From Lepidodermella squamata (lineage: Eukaryota; Animalia; Gastrotricha), in NCBI GenBank assembly GCA_047495785.1, contig JBLDXI010000064.1, positions 868,001 to 932,000 on the forward strand: DNA of 64,000 nucleotides, written 5' to 3'. How positions within the stretch are numbered: position 1 is the first letter of the stretch; every line of letters begins with the position of its first letter. The position numbers and the translations under genes are program-made. The notes below the pieces were generated by a model. The model was not told where the DNA came from. It saw only the letters and a program-made list of their open reading frames with translations, and did no database searches. Shown piece after piece: positions 38,201-50,818 of this stretch.

Positions 38201-41200
38201 ATAGCTGCGATGCGTACAAGGGTTGAAAACAGCGTTACAGCCTGTTTTGGCTGGCAGCGAAATATCGGTCATCCGAAATGTTAGCGAATCGCCTGCAAAC
38301 GTGTTTGCCCGTGTTGCCACTATCAAATGAAGCAAGAATATACGTGATTTATCTGGGTTCAGCACGATTCCGTATAGCTGCGATGCGTACAAGGGTTGAA
38401 AACAGCGTTACAGCCTGTTTTGGCTGGCAGCGAAATATCGGTCATCTGAAATGTTAACGAATCGCCTGCAAACGAGTTTGCCCGTGTTGCCACTATCAAA
38501 TGAAGCAAGAATATGCGTGAATTGCCTGGGTACAGCACGATTCCGCATAGCTGCGATGCGTACAAGGGTTGAAAACAGCGTTCCAGCCTGTTTTGGCTGG
38601 CAGCGAAATATCGGTCATCCGAAATATTAGCGAATCGCCTGCAAACGTGTTTGCCCGTGTTGCCACTATCAAATGAAGCAAGAATATGCGTGATTTGCCT
38701 GGGTTCAGCACGATTCCGCATAGCTGCGATGCGTAAAAGGGTTTGAAACAGCGTTACAGCCTGTTTTGGCTGGCAGCGAAATATCGGTCATCCGAAATGT
38801 TAGCAAATCGCCTGCAAACGAGTTTGCCCGTGTTGCCACTATCAAATGAAGCAAGAATATGCGTGATTTGCCTGGGTACAGCACGATTCCGCATAGCTGC
38901 GATGCGTACAAGGGTTGAAAACAGCGTTACAGCCTGTTTTGGCTGGCAGTGAAATATCGGTCATCCGAAATATTAGCGAATCGCCTGCAAACGAGTTTCC
39001 CCGTGTTGCCACTATCAAATGAAGCAAGAATATGCGTGATTTGCCTGGGTTCAGCACGATTCCGCATAGCTGCGATGCGTACAAGGGTTGAAAACAGCGT
39101 TCCAGCCTGTTTTGGCTGGCAGCGAAATATCGGTCATCCGAAATGTTAGCGAATCGCCTGCAAACGAGTTTCCCCGTGTTGCCACTATCAAATGAAGCAA
39201 GAATATGCGTGATTTGCCTGGGTTCAGCACGATTCCGCATAGCTGCGATGCGTACAAGGGTTGAAAACAGCGTTCCAGCCTGTTTTGGCTGGCAGCGAAA
39301 TATCGGTCATCCGAAATGTTAACGAATCGCCTGCAAACGAGTTTGCCCGTGTTGCCACTATCAAATGAAGCGAGAATATGCGTGAATTGCCTGGGTTCAG
39401 CACGATTCCGCATAGCTGCGATGCGTACAAGGGTTGAAAACAGCGTTCCAGCCTGTTTTGGCTGGCAGCGAAATATCGGTCATCCGAAATGTTAGCGAAT
39501 CGCCTGCAAACGAGTTTGCCCGTGTTGCCACTATCAAATGAAGCAAGAATATGCGTGATTTGCCTGGGTTCAGCACGATTCCGCATAGCTGCGATGCGTA
39601 CAAGGGTTGAAAACAGCGTTCCAGCCTGTTTTGGCTGGCAGCGAAATATCGGTCATCCGAAATGTTAGCGAATCGCCTGCAAACGTGTTTGCCCGTGTTG
39701 CCACTATCAAATGAAGCAAGAATATGCGTGATTTATCTGGGTTCAGCACGATTCCGTATAGCTGCGATGCGTACAAGGGTTGAAAACAGCGTTACAGCCT
39801 GTTTTGGCTGGCAGCGAAATATCGGTCATCCGAAATGTTAGCGAATCGCCTGCAAACGAGTTTCCCCGTGTTGCCACTATCAAATGAAGCAAGAATATGC
39901 GTGATTTGCCTGGGTTCAGCACGATTCCGCATAGCTGCGATGCGTACAAGGGTTGAAAACAGCGTTCCAGCCTGTTTTGGCTGGCAGCGAAATATCGGTC
40001 ATCCGAAATGTTAGCGAATCGCCTGCAAACGTGTTTGCCCGTGTTGCCACTATCAAATGAAGCAAGAATATGCGTGATTTATCTGGGTTCAGCACGATTC
40101 CGTATAGCTGCGATGCGTACAAGGGTTGAAAACAGCGTTACAGCCTGTTTTGGCTGGCAGCGAAATATCGGTCATCCGAAATGTTAGCGAATCGCCTGCA
40201 AACGAGTTTCCCCGTGTTGCCACTATCAAATGAAGCAAGAATATGCGTGATTTGCCTGGGTTCAGCACGATTCCGCATAGCTGCGATGCGTACAAGGGTT
40301 GAAAACAGCGTTCCAGCCTGTTTTGGCTGGCAGCGAAATATCGGTCATCCGAAATGTTAGCGAATCGCCTGCAAACGTGTTTGCCCGTGTTGCCACTATC
40401 AAATGAAGCAAGAATATGCGTGATTTATCTGGGTTCAGCACGATTCCGTATAGCTGCGATGCGTACAAGGGTTGAAAACAGCGTTACAGCCTGTTTTGGC
40501 TGGCAGCGAAATATCGGTCATCCGAAATGTTAGCGAATCGCCTGCAAACGTGTTTGCCCGTGTTGCCACTATCAAATGAAGCAAGAATATGCGTGATTTG
40601 CCTGGGTACAGCACGATTCCGCATAGCTGCGATGCGTACAAGGGTTGAAAACAGCGTTCCAGCCTGTTTTGGCTGGCAGCGAAATATCGGTCATCCGAAA
40701 TGTTAGCGAATCGCCTGCAAACGTGTTTGCCCGTGTTGCCACTATCAAATGAAGCAAGAATATGCGTGATTTGCCTGGGTTCAGCACGATTCCGCATAGC
40801 TGCGATGCGTACAAGGGTTGGAAACAGCGTTACAGCCTGTTTTGGCTGGCAGCGAAATATCGGTCATCCGAAATGTTAGCGAATCGCCTGCAAACGAGTT
40901 TGCCCGTGTTGCCACGATCAAATGAAGCAAGAATATGCGTGATTTGCCTGGGTTCAGCACGATTCCGCATAGCTGCGATGCGTACAAGGGTTGGAAACAG
41001 CGTTACAGCCTGTTTTGGCTGGCAGCGTAATATCGGTCATCCGAAATGTTGCGAATCGCCTGCAAACGAGTTTGCCCGTGTTGCCACTATCAAATGAAGC
41101 AAGAATATGCGTGATTTCCCTGGGTTCAGCACGATTCCGCATAGCTGCGATGCGTACAAGGGTTGAAAACAACGTTCCAGCCTGTTTTGGCTAGCAGCGA

Positions 41201-44200
41201 AATATCGGTCATCCGAAATGTTAGCGAATCGCCTGCAAACGAGTTTCCCCGTGTTGCCACTATCAAATGAAGCAAGAATATGCGTGATTTGCCTGGGTTC
41301 AGCACGATTCCGCATAGCTGCGATGCGTACAAGGGTTGAAAACAGCGTTCCAGCCTGTTTTGGCTGGCAGCGAAATATCGGTCATCCGAAATGTTAGCGA
41401 ATCGCCTGCAAACGTGTTTGCCCGTGTTGCCACTATCAAATGAAGCAAGAATATGCGTGATTTATCTGGGTTCAGCACGATTCCGTATAGCTGCGATGCG
41501 TACAAGGGTTGAAAACAGCGTTACAGCCTGTTTTGGCTGGCAGCGAAATATCGGTCATCCGAAATGTTAGCGAATCGCCTGCAAACGAGTTTCCCCGTGT
41601 TGCCACTATCAAATGAAGCAAGAATATGCGTGATTTGCCTGGGTTCAGCACGATTCCGCATAGCTGCGATGCGTACAAGGGTTGAAAACAGCGTTCCAGC
41701 CTGTTTTGGCTGGCAGCGAAATATCGGTCATCCGAAATGTTAGCGAATCGCCTGCAAACGTGTTTGCCCGTGTTGCCACTATCAAATGAAGCAAGAATAT
41801 ACGTGATTTATCTGGGTTCAGCACGATTCCGTATAGCTGCGATGCGTACAAGGGTTGAAAACAGCGTTACAGCCTGTTTTGGCTGGCAGCGAAATATCGG
41901 TCATCTGAAATGTTAACGAATCGCCTGCAAACGAGTTTGCCCGTGTTGCCACTATCAAATGAAGCAAGAATATGCGTGAATTGCCTGGGTACAGCACGAT
42001 TCCGCATAGCTGCGATGCGTACAAGGGTTGAAAACAGCGTTCCAGCCTGTTTTGGCTGGCAGCGAAATATCGGTCATCCGAAATATTAGCGAATCGCCTG
42101 CAAACGTGTTTGCCCGTGTTGCCACTATCAAATGAAGCAAGAATATGCGTGATTTGCCTGGGTTCAGCACGATTCCGCATAGCTGCGATGCGTAAAAGGG
42201 TTTGAAACAGCGTTACAGCCTGTTTTGGCTGGCAGCGAAATATCGGTCATCCGAAATGTTAGCAAATCGCCTGCAAACGAGTTTGCCCGTGTTGCCACTA
42301 TCAAATGAAGCAAGAATATGCGTGATTTGCCTGGGTACAGCACGATTCCGCATAGCTGCGATGCGTACAAGGGTTGAAAACAGCGTTACAGCCTGTTTTG
42401 GCTGGCAGCGAAATATCGGTCATCCGAAATATTAGCGAATCGCCTGCAAACGAGTTTCCCCGTGTTGCCACTATCAAATGAAGCAAGAATATGCGTGATT
42501 TGCCTGGGTTCAGCACGATTCCGCATAGCTGCGATGCGTACAAGGGTTGAAAACAGCGTTCCAGCCTGTTTTGGCTGGCAGCGAAATATCGGTCATCCGA
42601 AATGTTAGCGAATCGCCTGCAAACGAGTTTGCCCGTGTTGCCACTATCAAATGAAGCAAGAATATGCGTGATTTGCCTGGGTTCAGCACGATTCCGCATA
42701 GCTGCGATGCGTACAAGGGTTGAAAACAGCGTTCCAGCCTGTTTTGGCTGGCAGCGAAATATCGGTCATCCGAAATGTTAACGAATCGCCTGCAAACGAG
42801 TTTGCCCGTGTTGCCACTATCAAATGAAGCAAGAATATGCGTGAATTGCCTGGGTTCAGCACGATTCCGCATAGCTGCGATGCGTACAAGGGTTGAAAAC
42901 AGCGTTCCAGCCTGTTTTGGCTGGCAGCGAAATATCGGTCATCCGAAATGTTAGCGAATCGCCTGCAAACGAGTTTGCCCGTGTTGCCACTATCAAATGA
43001 AGCAAGAATATGCGTGATTTGCCTGGGTTCAGCACGATTCCGCATAGCTGCGATGCGTACAAGGGTTGAAAACAGCGTTCCAGCCTGTTTTGGCTGGCAG
43101 CGAAATATCGGTCATCCGAAATGTTAGCGAATCGCCTGCAAACGTGTTTGCCCGTGTTGCCACTATCAAATGAAGCAAGAATATGCGTGATTTATCTGGG
43201 TTCAGCACGATTCCGTATAGCTGCGATGCGTACAAGGGTTGAAAACAGCGTTACAGCCTGTTTTGGCTGGCAGCGAAATATCGGTCATCCGAAATGTTAG
43301 CGAATCGCCTGCAAACGAGTTTCCCCGTGTTGCCACTATCAAATGAAGCAAGAATATGCGTGATTTGCCTGGGTTCAGCACGATTCCGCATAGCTGCGAG
43401 GCGTACAAGGGTTGAAAACAGCGTTCCAGCCTGTTTTGGCTGGCAGCGAAATATCGGTCATCCGAAATGTTAGCGAATCGCCTGCAAACGAGTTTGCCCG
43501 TGTTGCCACTATCAAATGAAGCAAGAATATGCGTGATTTGCCTGGGTTCAGCACGATTCCGCATAGCTGCGATGCGTACAAGGGTTGAAAACAGCGTTCC
43601 AGCCTGTTTTGGCTGGCAGCGAAATATCGGTCATCCGAAATGTTAACGAATCGCCTGCAAACGAGTTTGCCCGTGTTGCCACTATCAAATGAAGCAAGAA
43701 TATGCGTGAATTGCCTGGGTTCAGCACGATTCCGCATAGCTGCGATGCGTACAAGGGTTGAAAACAGCGTTCCAGCCTGTTTTGGCTGGCAGCGAAATAT
43801 CGGTCATCCGAAATGTTAGCGAATCGCCTGCAAACGAGTTTGCCCGTGTTGCCACTATCAAATGAAGCAAGAATATGCGTGATTTATCTGGGTTCAGCAC
43901 GATTCCGTATAGCTGCGATGCGTACAAGGGTTGAAAACAGCGTTACAGCCTGTTTTGGCTGGCAGCGAAATATCGGTCATCCGAAATGTTAGCGAATCGC
44001 CTGCAAACGTGTTTGCCCGTGTTGCCACTATCAAATGAAGCAAGAATATGCGTGATTTGCCTGGGTACAGCACGATTCCGCATAGCTGCGATGCGTACAA
44101 GGGTTGAAAACAGCGTTCCAGCCTGTTTTGGCTGGCAGCGAAATATCGGTCATCCGAAATGTTAGCGAATCGCCTGCAAACGTGTTTGCCCGTGTTGCCA

Positions 44201-47200
44201 CTATCAAATGAAGCAAGAATATGCGTGATTTGCCTGGGTTCAGCACGATTCCGCATAGCTGCGATGCGTACAAGGGTTGGAAACAGCGTTACAGCCTGTT
44301 TTGGCTGGCAGCGAAATATCGGTCATCCGAAATGTTAGCGAATCGCCTGCAAACGAGTTTGCCCGTGTTGCCACGATCAAATGAAGCAAGAATATGCGTG
44401 ATTTGCCTGGGTTCAGCACGATTCCGCATAGCTGCGATGCGTACAAGGGTTGGAAACAGCGTTACAGCCTGTTTTGGCTGGCAGCGAAATATCGGTCATC
44501 CGAAATATTAGCGAATCGCCTGCAAACGAGTTTCCCCGTGTTGCCACTATCAAATGAAGCAAGAATATGCGTGATTTGCCTGGGTTCAGCACGATTCCGC
44601 ATAGCTGCGAGGCGTACAAGGGTTGAAAACAGCGTTCCAGCCTGTTTTGGCTGGCAGCGAAATATCGGTCATCCGAAATGTTAGCGAATCGCCTGCAAAC
44701 GTGTTTGCCCGTGTTGCCACTATCAAATGAAGCAAGAATATGCGTGATTTATCTGGGTTCAGCACGATTCCGTATAGCTGCGATGCGTACAAGGGTTGAA
44801 AACAGCGTTACAGCCTGTTTTGGCTGGCAGCGAAATATCGGTCATCCGAAATGTTAGCGAATCGCCTGCAAACGAGTTTCCCCGTGTTGCCACTATCAAA
44901 TGAAGCAAGAATATGCGTGATTTGCCTGGGTTCAGCACGATTCCGCATAGCTGCGATGCGTACAAGGGTTGAAAACAGCGTTCCAGCCTGTTTTGGCTGG
45001 CAGCGAAATATCGGTCATCCGAAATGTTAGCGAATCGCCTGCAAACGAGTTTGCCCGTGTTGCCACGATCAAATGAAGCAAGAATATGCGTGATTTGCCT
45101 GGGTACAGCACGATTCCGCATAGCTGCGATGCGTACAAGGGTTGAAAACAGCGTTACAGCCTGTTTTGGCTGGCAGCGAAATATCGGTCATCCGAAATAT
45201 TAGCGAATCGCCTGCAAACGAGTTTCCCCGTGTTGCCACTATCAAATGAAGCAAGAATATGCGTGATTTGCCTGGGTTCAGCACGATTCCGCATAGCTGC
45301 GATGCGTACAAGGGTTGAAAACAGCGTTCCAGCCTGTTTTGGCTGGCAGCGAAATATCGGTCATCCGAAATGTTAGCGAATCGCCTGCAAACGAGTTTGC
45401 CCGTGTTGCCACTATCAAATGAAGCAAGAATATGCGTGATTTGCCTGGGTTCAGCACGATTCCGCATAGCTGCGATGCGTACAAGGGTTGAAAACAGCGT
45501 TCCAGCCTGTTTTGGCTGGCAGCGAAATATCGGTCATCCGAAATGTTAACGAATCGCCTGCAAACGAGTTTGCCCGTGTTGCCACTATCAAATGAAGCAA
45601 GAATATGCGTGAATTGCCTGGGTTCAGCACGATTCCGCATAGCTGCGATGCGTACAAGGGTTGAAAACAGCGTTCCAGCCTGTTTTGGCTGGCAGCGAAA
45701 TATCGGTCATCCGAAATGTTAGCGAATCGCCTGCAAACGAGTTTGCCCGTGTTGCCACTATCAAATGAAGCAAGAATATGCGTGATTTGCCTGGGTTCAG
45801 CACGATTCCGCATAGCTGCGATGCGTACAAGGGTTGAAAACAGCGTTCCAGCCTGTTTTGGCTGGCAGCGAAATATCGGTCATCCGAAATGTTAGCGAAT
45901 CGCCTGCAAACGTGTTTGCCCGTGTTGCCACTATCAAATGAAGCAAGAATATGCGTGATTTATCTGGGTTCAGCACGATTCCGTATAGCTGCGATGCGTA
46001 CAAGGGTTGAAAACAGCGTTACAGCCTGTTTTGGCTGGCAGCGAAATATCGGTCATCCGAAATGTTAGCGAATCGCCTGCAAACGAGTTTCCCCGTGTTG
46101 CCACTATCAAATGAAGCAAGAATATGCGTGATTTGCCTGGGTTCAGCACGATTCCGCATAGCTGCGAGGCGTACAAGGGTTGAAAACAGCGTTCCAGCCT
46201 GTTTTGGCTGGCAGCGAAATATCGGTCATCCGAAATGTTAGCGAATCGCCTGCAAACGTGTTTGCCCGTGTTGCCACTATCAAATGAAGCAAGAATATGC
46301 GTGATTTATCTGGGTTCAGCACGATTCCGTATAGCTGCGATGCGTACAAGGGTTGAAAACAGCGTTACAGCCTGTTTTGGCTGGCAGCGAAATATCGGTC
46401 ATCCGAAATGTTAGCGAATCGCCTGCAAACGAGTTTCCCCGTGTTGCCACTATCAAATGAAGCAAGAATATGCGTGATTTGCCTGGGTTCAGCACGATTC
46501 CGCATAGCTGCGATGCGTACAAGGGTTGAAAACAGCGTTCCAGCCTGTTTTGGCTGGCAGCGAAATATCGGTCATCCGAAATGTTAGCGAATCGCCTGCA
46601 AACGTGTTTGCCCGTGTTGCCACTATCAAATGAAGCAAGAATATGCGTGATTTGCCTGGGTTCAGCACGATTCCGCATAGCTGCGATGCGTACAAGGGTT
46701 GGAAACAGCGTTACAGCCTGTTTTGGCTGGCAGCGAAATATCGGTCATCCGAAATGTTAGCGAATCGCCTGCAAACGAGTTTGCCCGTGTTGCCACGATC
46801 AAATGAAGCAAGAATATGCGTGATTTGCCTGGGTTCAGCACGATTCCGCATAGCTGCGATGCGTACAAGGGTTGGAAACAGCGTTACAGCCTGTTTTGGC
46901 TGGCAGCGTAATATCGGTCATCCGAAATGTTGCGAATCGCCTGCAAACGAGTTTGCCCGTGTTGCCACTATCAAATGAAGCAAGAATATGCGTGATTTCC
47001 CTGGGTTCAGCACGATTCCGCATAGCTGCGATGCGTACAAGGGTTGAAAACAACGTTCCAGCCTGTTTTGGCTAGCAGCGAAATATCGGTCATCCGAAAT
47101 GTTAGCGAATCGCCTGCAAACGAGTTTCCCCGTGTTGCCACTATCAAATGAAGCAAGAATATGCGTGATTTGCCTGGGTTCAGCACGATTCCGCATAGCT

Positions 47201-50200
47201 GCGATGCGTACAAGGGTTGAAAACAACGTTCCAGCCTGTTTTGGCTGGCAGCGTAATATCGGTCATCCGAAATGTTGCGAATCGCCTGCAAACGAGTTTG
47301 CCCGTGTTGCCACTATCAAATGAAGCAAGAATATGCGTGATTTCCCTGGGTTCAGCACGATTCCGCATAGCTGCGATGCGTACAAGGGTTGAAAACAACG
47401 TTCCAGCCTGTTTTGGCTGGCAGCGAAATATCGGTCATCCGAAATGTTAGCGAATCGCCTGCAAACGTGTTTCCCCGTGTTGCCACTATCAAATGAAGCA
47501 AGAATATGCGTGATTTGCCTGGGTTCAGCACGATTCCGCATAGCTGCGATGCGTACAAGGGTTGGAAACAGCGTTACAGCCTGTTTTGGCTGGCAGCGTA
47601 ATATCGGTCATCCGAAATGTTGCGAATCGCCTGCAAACGAGTTTGCCCGTGTTGCCACTATCAAATGAAGCAAGAATATGCGTGATTTCCCTGGGTTCAG
47701 CACGATTCCGCATAGCTGCGATGCGTACAAGGGTTGAAAACAACGTTCCAGCCTGTTTTGGCTGGCAGCGAAATATCGGTCATCCGAAATGTTAGCGAAT
47801 CGCCTGCAAACGAGTTTCCCCGTGTTGCCACTATCAAATGAAGCAAGAATATGCGTGAATTGCCTGGGTACAGCACGATTCCGCATAGCTGCGATGCGTA
47901 CAAGGGTTGAAAACAGCGTTCCAGCCTGTTTTGGCTGGCAGCGAAATATCGGTCATCCGAAATGTTAGCGAATCGCCTGCAAACGAGTTTGCCCGTGTTG
48001 CCACTATCAAATGAAGCAAGAATATGCGTGATTTGCCTGGGTTCAGCACGATTCCGCATAGCTGCGATGCGTACAAGGGTTGAAAACAGCGTTCCAGTTT
48101 GTTTTGGCTGGCAGCGAAATATCGGTCATCCGAAATGTTAACGAATCGCCTGCAAACGAGTTTGCCCGTGTTGCCACTATCAAATGAAGCAAGAATATGC
48201 GTGATTTGCCTGGGTTCAGCACGATTCCGCATAGCTGCGATGCGTACAAGGGTTGAAAACAGAGTTCCAGCCTGTTTTGGCTGGCAGCGAAATATCGGTC
48301 ATCCGAAATGTTAGCAAATCGCCTGCAAACGAGTTTGCCCGTGTTGCCACTATCAAATGAAGCAAGAATATGCGTGAATTGCCTGGGTACAGCACGATTC
48401 CGCATAGCTGCGATGCGTACAAGGGTTGAAAACAGCGTTCCAGCCTGTTTTGGCTGGCAGCGAAATATCGGTCATCCGAAATGTTAGCAAATCGCCTGCA
48501 AACGAGTTTCCCCGTGTTGCCACTATCAAATGAAGCAAGAATATGCGTGATTTGCCTGGGTTCAGCACGATTCCGCATAGCTGCGATGCGTACAAGGGTT
48601 GAAAACAGCGTTTCAGCCTGTTTTGGCTGGCAGCGAAATATCGGTCATCCGAAATGTTAGCAAATCGCCTGCAAACGAGTTTCCCCGTGTTGCACTATCA
48701 AATGAAGCAAGAATATGCGTGATTTGCCTGGGTTCAGCACGATTCCGTATAGCTGCGATGCGTACAAGGGTTGAAAACAGCGTTACAGCCTGTTTTGGCT
48801 GGCAGCGAAATATCGGTCATCCGAAATGTTAGCGAATCGCCTGCAAACGTGTTTGCCCGTGTTGCCACTATCAAATGAAGCAAGAATATGCGTGAATTGC
48901 CTGGGTACAGCACGATTCCGCATAGCTGCGATGCGTACAAGGGTTGAAAACAGCGTTCCAGCCTGTTTTGGCTGGCAGCGAAATATCGGTCATCCGAAAT
49001 GTTGCGAATCGCCTGCAAACGAGTTTGACCGTGTTGCCACTATCAAATGAAGCAAGAATATGCGTGATTTGCCTGGGTTTCAGCACGATTCCGCATAGCT
49101 GCGATGCGTACAAGGGTTGAAAACAGCGTTCCAGCCTGTTTTGGCTGGCAGCGAAATATCGGTCATCCGAAATGTTAGCGAATCGCCTGCAAACGTGTTT
49201 GCCCGTGTTGCCACTATCAAATGAAGCAAGAATATGCGTGAATTGCCTGGGTACAGCACGATTCCGCATAGCTGCGATGCGTACAAGGGTTGAAAACAGC
49301 GTTCCAGCCTGTTTTGGCTGGCAGCGAAATATCGGTCATCCGAAATGTTAGCGAATCGCCTGCAAACGTGTTTGCCCGTGTTGCCACTATCAAATGAAGC
49401 AAGAATATGCGTGAATTGCCTGGGTACAGCACGATTCCGCATAGCTGCGATGCGTACAAGGGTTGAAAACAGCGTTCCAGCCTGTTTTGGCTGGCAGCGA
49501 AATATCGGTCATCCGAAATGTTGCGAATCGCCTGCAAACGAGTTTGACCGTGTTGCCACTATCAAATGAAGCAAGAATATGCGTGATTTGCCTGGGTTCA
49601 GCACGATTACGCATAGCTGCGATGCGTACAAGGGTTGAAAACAGCGTTCCAGCCTGTTTTGGCTGGCAGCGAAATATCGGTCATCCGAAATGTTGCGAAT
49701 CGCCTGCAAACGAGTTTGACCGTGTTGCCACTATCAAATGAAGCAAGAATATGCGTGAATTGCCTGGGTACAGCACGATTCCGCATAGCTGCGATGCGTA
49801 CAAGGGTTGAAAAACAGCGTTCCAGCCTGTTTTGGCTGGCAGCGAAATATCGGTCATCCGAAATGTTGCGAATCGCCTGCAAACGAGTTTGACCGTGTTG
49901 CCACTATCAAATGAAGCAAGAATATGCGTGATTTGCCTGGGTTCAGCACGATTCCGCATAGCTGCGATGCGTACAAGGGTTGAAAACAGCGTTCCAGCCT
50001 GTTTTGGCTGGCAGCGAAATATCGGTCATCCGAAATGTTAGCGAATCGCCTGCAAACGAGTTTGCTCGTGTTGCCACTATCAAATGAAGCAAGAATATGA
50101 GTGATTTGCCTGGGTTCAGCACGATTCCGCATAGCTGCGATGCGTACAAGGGTTGAAAACAGCGTTCCAGCCTGTTTTGGCTGGCAGCGAAATATCGGTC

Positions 50201-50818
50201 ATCCGAAATGTTAGCAAATCGCCTGCAAACGAGTTTCCCCGTGTTGCCACTATCAAATGAAGCAAGAATATGCGTGATTTGCCTGGGTTCAGCACGATTC
50301 CGCATAGCTGCGATGCGTACAAGGGTTGAAAACAGCGTTTCAGCCTGTTTTGGCTGGCAGCGAAATATCGGTCATCCGAAATGTTAGCGAATCGCCTGCA
50401 AACGTGTTTGCCCGTGTTGCCACTATCAAATGAAGCAAGAATATGCGTGAATTGCCTGGGTACAGCACGATTCCGCATAGCTGCGATGCGTACAAGGGTT
50501 GAAAACAGCGTTCCAGCCCTGTTTTGGCTGGCAGCGAAATATCGGTCATCCGAAATGTTAGCGAATCGCCTGCAAACGTGTTTGCCCGTGTTGCCACTAT
50601 CAAATGAAGCAAGAATATGCGTGAATTGCCTGGGTACAGCACGATTCCGCATAGCTGCGATGCGTACAAGGGTTGAAAACAGCGTTCCAGCCTGTTTTGG
50701 CTGGCAGCGAAATATCGGTCATCCGAAATGTTGCGAATCGCCTGCAAACGAGTTTGACCGTGTTGCCACTATCAAATGAAGCAAGAATATGCGTGATTTG
50801 CCTGGGTTCAGCACGATT
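14202..50818 (+). repeat. 173-bp tandem satellite array, forward orientation, ~212 monomers (candidate centromeric/pericentromeric satellite)
   Basis: Consensus TGGCTGGCAGCGAAATATCGGTCATCCGAAATGTTAGCGAATCGCCTGCAAACGAGTTTGCCCGTGTTGCCACTATCAAATGAAGCAAGAATATGCGTGATTTGCCTGGGTWCAGCACGATTCCGCATAGCTGCGATGCGTACAAGGGTTGRAAACAGCGTTMCAGCCTGTTT. Uninterrupted head-to-tail copies differ at only a few recurrent sites; ORF starts recur every 173 bp. Confidence 0.99.
50795..50818. other. fold-back (inversion) junction; 24-nt spacer between palindrome arms
   Basis: ...AAGAATATGCGT [GATTTGCCTGGGTTCAGCACGATT] ACGCATATTCTT...; the left arm ends at 50794 and the right arm starts at 50819. Confidence 0.95.
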
